This document shows positions 55,923-64,000 of a stretch of 64,000 nt of DNA, one piece after another (the first letter of the stretch is position 1; each line of letters starts with the position of its first letter). The position numbers and the translations under genes are program-made. The stretch covers positions 544,001 to 608,000 of the forward strand of contig CAWDDT010000004.1 of NCBI GenBank assembly GCA_963801165.1. Direction: 5' to 3'. Source of the DNA: an uncultured bacterium. Lineage in GTDB: Bacteria > Actinomycetota > Acidimicrobiia > Spongiisociales > UBA5794. The notes under the pieces were generated by a model that was given only the letters and a program-made list of their open reading frames with translations, was not told where the DNA came from and searched no databases.

Positions 55923-57600
55923 TCAGCTCGCGCACCGCCCGGGTGATCCTGCGATGCAATTCGACGTTTGCGGTGCGGTCGGTCGAAACCTGAATGAGGC
56001 GAGGTGCCGACGGGACGATCGCGATGAGGGAGCCCAGCTCGCTCGCCTCGGTGACGTCGTGCGACTCGATGCCGAATGCCGTGGCCAGATCCGGGAAGTC
56101 GGTTCCGTGCGGTGTGGCGAGGAAGGTCTCGAACACCGCGGGATCGAGCACAGCCGGATCGTTCTGGGGGAGAAAGTGGAAGATGCCACCGCCGTTGTTG
56201 TTGACGACGACGATCGTGATCGGCAGCCCGAGCTGGCAGGCGGTTCCGAGTGCATTGAGGTCGTGAAAGAGCGCAACGTCTCCGAGCAGGACGACTGAAT
56301 TGAGGCCCGCCGCCGCCGCTCCGAGAGCAGTGGAGACCAAACCGTCGATGCCGTTGGCGCCACGGTTGCCAAAAACCCGCAGCTGGCGGTCACTCTTTCC
56401 GCCGAACGCGTCGACGTCGCGGATCGGCATCGACGAACCCAGGGTGATCGCCGAGTGCGGCGGCGCCGCGGCGGCGACCGCGCGTGCCACAGCGGGCTCG
56501 TTGGGAAACGCTGCGGCCGTTACCTGGTCGTCGACTCGCTGAGCGACCCTGGTGTCCAGACTCCGCCAGGCTTCGAGCCAATCGACCGGCGACCGGCGAC
56601 CGACAGCGGCGCCCAATGCTGCTGCCACGATCGTGGGTTCGATCTCGAGGACGGTGCTGGCGCTGTCTGTCGCGTCGCGACTCTGGGTGTCGATCAGTAT
56701 CTGGTCGACGTCGGGATGGTCCTCGAGCCATTGCCATATCGGCTTGGACGTGGGCACCGGTCCGAACCTGAGGACGACCTCCGGTGCCAGCTCGTCGAGC
56801 GCTCCAGCCGCGGCGAGGCGGTCTCCGTAACCGAGCACGTTTGTCAGATCGTGGGCCCCGAAACGCAGGCCAGACAGCGGGTCGGCGAAGACCGGAAAGC
56901 CCAGTGCCGCGGCAAGCGTCGAACAGGCGGTGGCGAAGTCGACGTCGTTGCTTCTGCCGGCGACGATTACCCCCCTCTTGCCCTCGAGCCTGCCGGCTAT
57001 CCCGGCCAGATCGGGTGGCTCCTCGGTTGCAGGCGGTAGCAGAGGGGTAACCGTGGCGGTGACCGGCTCGTCGCGGGCGAGCAACGGCTCGCGGAATGGC
57101 AGGTTGAGGTGTACCGGTCCGGGCGGGACTGCGGTGGCGTGGGCCCAGATGTCGATCGCGATATCCGTAGGAGCTCCGGCGGCGGTGTCCTCGTCGGGAG
57201 CGAGGGCATCAGCGAACATCCGCACCGCGGTGCCGTAGAGGGAGATCTGGTCGATCGTCTGCGGGGCACCCCGGCCACGCAGCTCCTCGGGGCGATCTGC
57301 TGTCAGCACCAGCAGGGGCACGTCGCCGAGTCCTGCCTCGACAACCGCAGGGTGGTACTCGACCGCGGCCGTTCCCGAGGTACACGCGAGGGCGACCGGA
57401 ACCCCGGTAGCCCTCGCCAACCCGAGCGCAAAGAACCCTGCCGAGCGCTCGTCCAGTATCACCCACTTCTTTATGCGCGGCTCGGCGGCGAACCCCGCAA
57501 TCAGGGGAGTGTTGCGCGATCCGGGCGATATGCAGACGTGGTCGATTCCCAGGTCGGCGAGGGCGGAGGCGAGGGCAAATGCAAAGCCGCGGTTGTGCAT
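55915..57600 (-). CDS. menD: SEPHCHC synthase
   Basis: SPGSRNTPL, DERSAGFFALG, CTSGTA, GNRGANGIDG, LGDVALFHDLN, NNNGGGIF. Confidence 0.96.
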   Translation of the reverse strand: MHNRGFAFALASALADLGIDHVCISPGSRNTPLIAGFAAEPRIKKWVILDERSAGFFALGLARATGVPVALACTSGTAAVEYHPAVVEAGLGDVPLLVLTADRPEELRGRGAPQTIDQISLYGTAVRMFADALAPDEDTAAGAPTDIAIDIWAHATAVPPGPVHLNLPFREPLLARDEPVTATVTPLLPPATEEPPDLAGIAGRLEGKRGVIVAGRSNDVDFATACSTLAAALGFPVFADPLSGLRFGAHDLTNVLGYGDRLAAAGALDELAPEVVLRFGPVPTSKPIWQWLEDHPDVDQILIDTQSRDATDSASTVLEIEPTIVAAALGAAVGRRSPVDWLEAWRSLDTRVAQRVDDQVTAAAFPNEPAVARAVAAAAPPHSAITLGSSMPIRDVDAFGGKSDRQLRVFGNRGANGIDGLVSTALGAAAAGLNSVVLLGDVALFHDLNALGTACQLGLPITIVVVNNNGGGIFHFLPQNDPAVLDPAVFETFLATPHGTDFPDLATAFGIESHDVTEASELGSLIAIVPSAPRLIQVSTDRTANVELHRRITRAVRELIR

Positions 57601-57621
57601 GGGCCCGTCAGGTTACCGTGA

Positions 57622-57663
57622 TTGACCGCCGGGCAACATTGTTCTACTATAACTAGAACAATG
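57622..57663 (+). promoter_or_regulatory. Promoter and perfect operator palindrome of the YtrA-type GntR gene (near-leaderless)
   Basis: TTGACC-17bp-TACTAT. CATTGTTCTA-N7-TAGAACAATG (57637-63) covers the -10 and the ATG. Confidence 0.75.
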
Positions 57664-58011
57664 TTGTTGAATCTCGATCCGAGCAGCGGACGCTCCCTCT
57701 ATGTTCAGATCGCCGCCGCGGTGCGTCGCGCTGTTGCCGACGGCGACGTGGTGGCTGGTGATCGTCTCCCCGCTGCCCGCGATCTGGCCAAGTCACTCGA
57801 TGTGAACATGCACACCGTCCTGCGCGCCTACAGCGACCTGCGCGATGAGGGCGTCATCGAGCTGCGGCGTGGGCGCGGTGCGATCGTGCGTGCGGGTTCG
57901 CAACCCATTGCCGGCATCAAGCATCTTGTGGCGGAGCTGGCGGCAGAGGCCGGCAGACACGGAGTATCCGCCGAGGAGGTTATAGAGATGATCCACGAGG
58001 AGTTCCCATGA
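57661..58011 (+). CDS. GntR family regulator, YtrA subfamily
   Basis: [32 protein letters not shown], short C-terminus. Confidence 0.92.
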   Translation: MLLNLDPSSGRSLYVQIAAAVRRAVADGDVVAGDRLPAARDLAKSLDVNMHTVLRAYSDLRDEGVIELRRGRGAIVRAGSQPIAGIKHLVAELAAEAGRHGVSAEEVIEMIHEEFP

Positions 58012-58922
58012 GACGTACGTTGCTCTTCTTCGTCGCACCCACCGTGTTGCTGGTTCTGATGGTCCTCCCGTTTGCGCTCTATTGGTCGTCGCTGCCGGGT
58101 CCCATGGCGATCCACTGGGGTGTCGACGGGGCGGCTAACGGCTCGGCACCTCCGCTGGTGCTCGTTCTGAGCCTGGCCGGTCTGTACTTTGTCATCGCGG
58201 TGTCGATCCAGCGTGTCGTGAATGCGGCCCCGTGGGAGGCTCCCTCGTTCGTCGCCGGGTTGCTCGCGATAGGTGCACTCCTTGCGGCTGTGTCGTGGAT
58301 GTCGGTTCTCGCCAACCGTGATGTGGCCTCGTGGCAGAACGCGGCGTCTGTCGGCTTCCCCCAAGTAGCCATCTTGATCGCGGTCACCGGTCTCGGCGGC
58401 ACGGCCGGTTGGTTCCTCGGCCGGACCGATGCCGCCAGACCCGGCCACGGAGCAGGCGAAGCTCCCCGGTTGTCCGTTGCCGATCCGGCGAGCGCGGTGT
58501 GGTCGGGGAGGGGAGTGGGCAGGCTCGTTACCGCGATCGGAGTCGTTGTCATCGTGCTCGGCGTCGTTCAGTGGGGACTCACCGGGTTGAGCCTGGTGCT
58601 GATCGGGGTGATCGTGCTGATGTTCGCCGCGGTGCGGGTGACCGTCGCCCGGGGTGGTGTGGTTGTCAGTCTCGGTTGGTGGGGTTTCCCGCTCTGGAAG
58701 GTCTCGCTCGATAACCTCGAGCACGCCGAGGCCGAAGACGTCAAGGCGCTCGCCTATGGCGGGTGGGGCTACCGGATTCGCCCCGGGGTGCGGGCCACGG
58801 TGGTCCGGTCCGGCGAGGGGTTGCGGCTCGTCCGTACCAACGGAGCAGACCTCGTCTATACGGTCGACGACGCTGCCACGGGTGCGGGTCTGATCAACGC
58901 CCTTGTCAGCTCCCGGCGGTGA
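58008..58922 (+). CDS. DUF1648-containing membrane protein
   Basis: [17 protein letters not shown], multiple TM helices, YGGWGYR. Confidence 0.8.
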   Translation: MRRTLLFFVAPTVLLVLMVLPFALYWSSLPGPMAIHWGVDGAANGSAPPLVLVLSLAGLYFVIAVSIQRVVNAAPWEAPSFVAGLLAIGALLAAVSWMSVLANRDVASWQNAASVGFPQVAILIAVTGLGGTAGWFLGRTDAARPGHGAGEAPRLSVADPASAVWSGRGVGRLVTAIGVVVIVLGVVQWGLTGLSLVLIGVIVLMFAAVRVTVARGGVVVSLGWWGFPLWKVSLDNLEHAEAEDVKALAYGGWGYRIRPGVRATVVRSGEGLRLVRTNGADLVYTVDDAATGAGLINALVSSRR

Positions 58923-59850
58923 CCAGAGCGTCGGCGATGCGTCGTGCGTTTGTTGTCAGCATGCCGATCAACGTGTCGGCACCGCTACCCGGTGCTCCCA
59001 GTGACCCTGCGTAGAGCTCGATGACCTCGACGGACTTACCCGCCTCCGCAGCCAGGGCATCTGCCAGTGTCGTAGGTTCGGTGGTCTCTGCGAAGATCGC
59101 GGTGACTCCCTCCGCCCGCATCTTGTCTACCAGTGCGCTGAGCTCGGCCGAACTGGGTTCCGCAAGGGTCGATCCGCCCGGGACGACTGCTCCGATGATG
59201 TCGAATCCGTATCTCGCGGCGAAATAGCCGAATGCGTCGTGGTTGGTCACCAGCTTGCGGCGGTCGGTGGGAACAGCACTGAGGATGCTGGTGATCTGTG
59301 CGTCGGCGGAGGTGAGCTCGCTTGCGTAGGTCTCGGCCTGCGCCGCCCAATCGCCATTTGGATCAACGGCTGTGAGAGCGGCGCCAATCTGGCGGGCGGC
59401 CTCGGCGTCACGTAGCGGGTCCATCCAGAAGTGGGGATCTTCGGTGAAGTTCTCGCCATTGCCGTCATTCTGGGCGAAAAGGATTGGGTCGACGTTGGGG
59501 CCGATCTCGAGGACGTTTGCCCCGTCGGCCCTCGCAGCGTCGATTACGTGGCCCAGGCCCTCTTCCAGACCGAGACCGCTGACGATGACGAGGTCGGCTT
59601 CCTGGATCGCGGCCGCATCGCGTGCCGAGGCCTGGTATTCGTGGGGATCCGCGCCGGCGGGGATCAGTGTCGTCACCGTTCCCGAATTGCCGACGACGTT
59701 GGACGCGATGTCGCCCAGCATTGTGGTGGTGGCGAGGACCGAGATCCCCTGCAGGGCGTCGGTATCGTCCCCGCCACCGCACGCCGCGGCGAGAAGCGCT
59801 AGAGCAAGAGCTACGAGGGCGGCCCTATGTCGTATGCCCGATCTGGTCAT
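58906..59850 (-). CDS. Metal (Zn/Mn) ABC substrate-binding lipoprotein, TroA/ZnuA family
   Basis: Lipobox LAAAC. DPHEY, DPHFW and NHDAFGYFA metal-ligand motifs. Confidence 0.92.
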   Translation of the reverse strand: MTRSGIRHRAALVALALALLAAACGGGDDTDALQGISVLATTTMLGDIASNVVGNSGTVTTLIPAGADPHEYQASARDAAAIQEADLVIVSGLGLEEGLGHVIDAARADGANVLEIGPNVDPILFAQNDGNGENFTEDPHFWMDPLRDAEAARQIGAALTAVDPNGDWAAQAETYASELTSADAQITSILSAVPTDRRKLVTNHDAFGYFAARYGFDIIGAVVPGGSTLAEPSSAELSALVDKMRAEGVTAIFAETTEPTTLADALAAEAGKSVEVIELYAGSLGAPGSGADTLIGMLTTNARRIADALVTAGS

Positions 59851-59869
59851 CGCGTTCTCATCCTTGTTC

Positions 59870-59889
59870 TATAATGAGAATTATTATCA
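59870..59889. promoter_or_regulatory. Zur/Fur-family box upstream of the metal-binding lipoprotein
   Basis: TATAATGAGAATTATTATCA is 16/19 to the GATAATGATAATCATTATC Fur box and contains the 7-1-7 TGAGAAT-T-ATTATCA. It is an AT-rich island in GC-rich DNA. Confidence 0.75.
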
Positions 59890-59946
59890 ATAGATGGATC
59901 ACGGTACCGCAGAGGGGTCTGTTTGACAAGTGGGGCAATCGGCCGC

Positions 59947-60753
59947 TCAGGCCTTGAGTAACCTCTCAAGACGGCGGGCGGTGATCGTCAGCCCGATCAG
60001 GGTCATAGCCAACAGAAAGGCGATGTGGGCAAGGATGACGAAGCCGACGCTGCCGAGAGTCAGCGCTCTGATGATCTCGACGCCGTGATAGAGCGGGGAG
60101 ATCTGGGCAATGGTACGAAGCACCGGCGGGTAGACACTCAGCGGGTAGAAGGTCGCCGAGAAGAGAAACAGCGGCATCATCACCATGTTGACCATGTCGA
60201 AATCTTGCCAGCTCTTGAGGAACGTCGTCGTGGCGAAGCCGACGGAGGCGAAGGCTACCCCGATGAGCAGGGCAGCCGGTAGGGCCAGGATTGCCCACCA
60301 CGACTGCAGCAGACCCATGACCAGCGCCACGATGAGGAAGGCTCCCGCATAGAGCCCGCCACGGATCTGGGACCAGCCGATCTCGCCGATCGCTATGTCC
60401 CAGACATTCAGGGGGGCGGCCAGCATGCCGTCGTACACCTTCGCCCACTTGAGCTTCCAGAAAATGTTCATGGTCGACTCATACACTGCCCCGTTCATCG
60501 CGGATGCGGCGAGCAGGGCCGGAGCGACGAAAGCGGTGTATTCGACCGGCCGCCCACCCGGACCGGCGACGTCGCCGACGAGCTTGCTGATACCGATCCC
60601 GACGGAGAACAGATAGAAGACGGGCTCGAAGAAGCCGGAGAAGACGATGAGCCACAGGCGGCGGTAGACGAGGACGTTGCGTTCCAGAACGTAATGCGCG
60701 CGGATGCGGCCGATCCGGGGCGGGGCGATGCGACGGTTGACCGTTGTCGTCAT
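59947..60753 (-). CDS. ABC-2 exporter permease (NodJ-like)
   Basis: SGFFEPVFYL, PLFLFSATFYP, PLYHGVE. Confidence 0.88.
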   Translation of the reverse strand: MTTTVNRRIAPPRIGRIRAHYVLERNVLVYRRLWLIVFSGFFEPVFYLFSVGIGISKLVGDVAGPGGRPVEYTAFVAPALLAASAMNGAVYESTMNIFWKLKWAKVYDGMLAAPLNVWDIAIGEIGWSQIRGGLYAGAFLIVALVMGLLQSWWAILALPAALLIGVAFASVGFATTTFLKSWQDFDMVNMVMMPLFLFSATFYPLSVYPPVLRTIAQISPLYHGVEIIRALTLGSVGFVILAHIAFLLAMTLIGLTITARRLERLLKA

Positions 60754-61532
60754 ACCAGCAACCTCCTGCGGAAAAGACGGTCGGCAACTACCGCACCGAT
60801 CAACAAGAATGCCAGCATCACGCCGTAATTGATGAGCGGCGAGAAGCTCGTCGGTGTGCCGAGGGCAACCGAGCGGGTGACGTCAACCGAATGCCACAAC
60901 GGCGTGACGTAGGCGAGCGGCCGCATCCAACCAGGCAGCTGATCGATCGGGAAGAACGTCCCGGAGAACAGAAAGAGCGGTGTGACGACGAAGCGGAACA
61001 CGGACGACAGCCCGGATTCATTCTCCAGTCGAGCCGCGTATGCGGTGATCGGCCCTGCGAAGGCAAGCCCGCCCATCACCGCAGGGGGGATGACCAGAGG
61101 CGCGGTCTGCAGGCTGATAGTCCCGAACGCCACCATGACGCCCGTGAAGACGACCGCGGTGAACAAGATGCGCATGGTGACCCACGCGAAGTGGCCGATG
61201 ACGAGATCGCGGATCGAGAGCGGGGTGGCGAGCGCCGTCTGGTAGTACTTGTTCCACTTCATCCCTCCCATGACCGGGTACATGGACTCGCCAGCCGCCG
61301 TCATCATCGTGGCCGCTGCCAACAAGCCCGGAGCGAGCCAGGTGAGGTAGGTGTAGTCATGTGGCAGTTGAGCGCTTCCACCACCCTGGTCGACGAGACT
61401 GCCCAAACCGAGACCCATCGCCAGCAGGTACAAGATGGGGTTCAGGAACGTACTGATCACCGATCCGCGCCAGGTGCGGCGGTACACCCGGGCGTTGCGT
61501 TCCACAAAAAGGAGCGAACCGGGGGTAGCCAT
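60750..61532 (-). CDS. ABC-2 exporter permease (NodJ-like)
   Basis: FLNPILYL, PLFLFSGTFFP, PLWHSV. Confidence 0.88.
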   Translation of the reverse strand: MATPGSLLFVERNARVYRRTWRGSVISTFLNPILYLLAMGLGLGSLVDQGGGSAQLPHDYTYLTWLAPGLLAAATMMTAAGESMYPVMGGMKWNKYYQTALATPLSIRDLVIGHFAWVTMRILFTAVVFTGVMVAFGTISLQTAPLVIPPAVMGGLAFAGPITAYAARLENESGLSSVFRFVVTPLFLFSGTFFPIDQLPGWMRPLAYVTPLWHSVDVTRSVALGTPTSFSPLINYGVMLAFLLIGAVVADRLFRRRLLV

Positions 61533-62455
61533 CAGTCGATCAGGCTCCTCCCGGTGAGCCGGAGGAAGACGTCCTCGAGCGTCGACCGGCGCACGATGGT
61601 GCTCTCGATGGACAGGGCTCGTTCGGTGAGGTTGACGAGCGTGGTGTCGGCGTTGTCTGTGTAGAGCAGGGTCCGGTCTGGGAGTGTTTCGATACGCTTC
61701 GCCAAACCGTCGAGTTCGTTCTCCACCGGCTGCTGACCCATCGGGAAACGCAGCTCAACAACGTCGCGCGTGGCGAAACGCTCGATGAGGCTGCGCGGCG
61801 ACCCCTCGGCGACGATCTTGCCGTTGTCCATGACGACGAGGCGATCGCAGAGCTGCTCTGCCTCGTCCATGTAGTGGGTGGTGATGATGAGGGTCACCCC
61901 TTGCTGTTTGAGCCGGTAGAGACGATCCCACAGGGCGTGGCGCGCTTGAGGGTCGAGACCGGTGGTGGGCTCGTCGAGCAGGATCAGATCCGGCTGGTTG
62001 ATCAGAGCCCTGGCGATGGTCAGCCGCCGCTTCATCCCGCCGGAGAGCGGCTCGACCAGATCGTCCTTCCTGTCCTCGAGGTGAGCGAACGCCAGGAGCT
62101 CCTCGATGCGCTTCTTGATGACCTGCTTGGGCAGGTCGAAGTACCGGCCGTAGATGTAGAGGTTCTCGAATACCGTTAGCTCGGTGTCGAGCAGGTTGTC
62201 CTGGGGAACGGAGCCAAGCCGTGCCCGGATCTCAGCACCGTCGTGTGCCGGGTCCATGCCGAAGACCGTCAGCGAACCCTCCGTGATGGGTGAGACGGCG
62301 CCGATCATCTTCATCGTCGAGCTCTTCCCGGCACCGTTCGGGCCGAGGAAGCCAAAGACCTCCCCGGGGCTCACCGCAAAGTCGACGTCGTCGACCGCAG
62401 TGAAATCGCCGAATCGCTTGGTGAGGCCGGTTGCCCGGACGAGAGGCTCAGTCAT
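61532..62455 (-). CDS. ABC exporter ATP-binding protein (NodI-like)
   Basis: GPNGAGKSS, LSGGMKRRL, LDEPTTGLDPQARH, TTHYMDEAE. Confidence 0.92.
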   Translation of the reverse strand: MTEPLVRATGLTKRFGDFTAVDDVDFAVSPGEVFGFLGPNGAGKSSTMKMIGAVSPITEGSLTVFGMDPAHDGAEIRARLGSVPQDNLLDTELTVFENLYIYGRYFDLPKQVIKKRIEELLAFAHLEDRKDDLVEPLSGGMKRRLTIARALINQPDLILLDEPTTGLDPQARHALWDRLYRLKQQGVTLIITTHYMDEAEQLCDRLVVMDNGKIVAEGSPRSLIERFATRDVVELRFPMGQQPVENELDGLAKRIETLPDRTLLYTDNADTTLVNLTERALSIESTIVRRSTLEDVFLRLTGRSLID

Positions 62456-62509
62456 AGCCGATGCAAGTTATCACAGAGGTCCGTCAACAACGGCCTCGGC
62501 TTGCGGTCG

Positions 62510-63388
62510 TCAGAACACGATTCCGAGGGCGAGGAGAACACCTGCGACCATCTGCAGCCGGCTCGTACCCTTGAGAACGGCGATCAGTGGCGGTCCTGTT
62601 CGCTCTCGATACAGGTCACGCAATAGCGGCCAGCCGAGGGGAGTGGCCACGATGGTCAGGATCGCTCCGGTGGGCAGCCAGCCGGCAAGGACACCGATGG
62701 TCGGGGCCACCAGCCCCCCGGCTATGCAGAAACCGTACAGCCGGACTCCGGCGTTTCTGCCCAGCTTGACCGCCAGGGTCCGTTTCCCGGAAGCGGTATC
62801 GGTCTCGACGTCGCGTACGTTGTTGGCCAGCAGGATGGCGCTCGCTAGTAGCCCCATGGAGATCCCACACACCCAGGCACCCGCCTCGATGGTCCGGTCG
62901 AACACAAAGCGGGTTCCGACCGTTGCCACCAGCCCGAAGAACACGAACACGAACAGCTCGCCGAGACCGTAGTACCCGTAGGGAACCGGCCCGTTGGTGT
63001 AGCCGAGGGCTGCGGCGATCGACACTATGCCGATGACGAGGATCCACCACCCACCGAGATAGATGAGGTAGAGACCGGCTAGTGCGGCAGCACCAAACAC
63101 GAGGGTGATGCCGATCCACATCTGGCGGGGTGAGATCAAACCTGCCGCCACTGCCCGGGTGGGGCCGATGCGGTTCTCGTCGGTGCCTCTGGTTCCGTCG
63201 GCCACGTCGTTGGCGTAATTGACCCCAATTTGGATCATCACCGCCGAGAACATCGTCACCACGAACGCGTCCCAACGGAAGACGTCCGCCCGGACCGCAA
63301 GCGAGGTCCCCACAAGAACAGGCGCCACAATGGCGAACAACGTCGGGGGGCGGGCGGCCAGGATCCAGGAGCGCAGCGGGGGAGTCAT
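62510..63388 (-). CDS. menA: 1,4-dihydroxy-2-naphthoate polyprenyltransferase
   Basis: AARPPTL, QIGVNYANDVAD, YGYYGLGELFVF, LANNVRDVETD...KRTLAV. Confidence 0.95.
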   Translation of the reverse strand: MTPPLRSWILAARPPTLFAIVAPVLVGTSLAVRADVFRWDAFVVTMFSAVMIQIGVNYANDVADGTRGTDENRIGPTRAVAAGLISPRQMWIGITLVFGAAALAGLYLIYLGGWWILVIGIVSIAAALGYTNGPVPYGYYGLGELFVFVFFGLVATVGTRFVFDRTIEAGAWVCGISMGLLASAILLANNVRDVETDTASGKRTLAVKLGRNAGVRLYGFCIAGGLVAPTIGVLAGWLPTGAILTIVATPLGWPLLRDLYRERTGPPLIAVLKGTSRLQMVAGVLLALGIVF

Positions 63389-63395
63389 GTCCGTC

Positions 63396-63998
<603 letters not shown>

Positions 63999-64000
63999 CC

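Noticed and set aside
59947-62455. Nod-factor export or symbiosis locus
   Set aside because: NodIJ-like ABC-2 exporters are widespread in actinobacteria, and no nodABC genes are present.

Overview
High-GC bacterial chromosomal segment, most likely an actinobacterium and probably Acidimicrobiia-like. This is inferred from the conserved order ispE-tRNA-Gln-glmU-prs-rplY-pth-mfd-mazG-eno-ftsB-DUF501-ppx...tRNA-Leu(TAA) and from Thr-rich lipoproteins. The housekeeping block (1-18.7 kb) has an N-terminal-domain-only GlmU and an unexpected isocitrate dehydrogenase kinase/phosphatase (aceK). An arabinoxylan-oligosaccharide utilisation cluster follows (GH51 with a +1 frameshift, LacI with a triple operator, ABC transporter, GH3), then an EF-G paralog and tRNA-Leu with a duplicated 3' end (att-like scar) ahead of an accessory region. 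The standout is a complete, translationally coupled hdrC-hdrB-hdrA-mvhD-mvhG-mvhA-maturation protease operon (36.7-43.7 kb). It is the methanogen-type electron-bifurcating MvhADG-HdrABC hydrogenase/heterodisulfide reductase, preceded by a DosR-like box and followed by an LLM-class (possibly F420-dependent) oxidoreductase, in a menaquinone-making organism. Further on are a two-component system with a convergent candidate ~100-nt sRNA carrying a C-rich loop, a GNAT/ADP-forming acyl-CoA synthetase fusion, a CBS-BON protein, menaquinone genes (menF, menD, menA, menB), a YtrA-type GntR, a Zur/Fur-boxed metal-binding lipoprotein and an ABC-2 exporter. No CRISPR array, integrase or transposase was seen. 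All calls come from motif recognition by eye; no searches were run.
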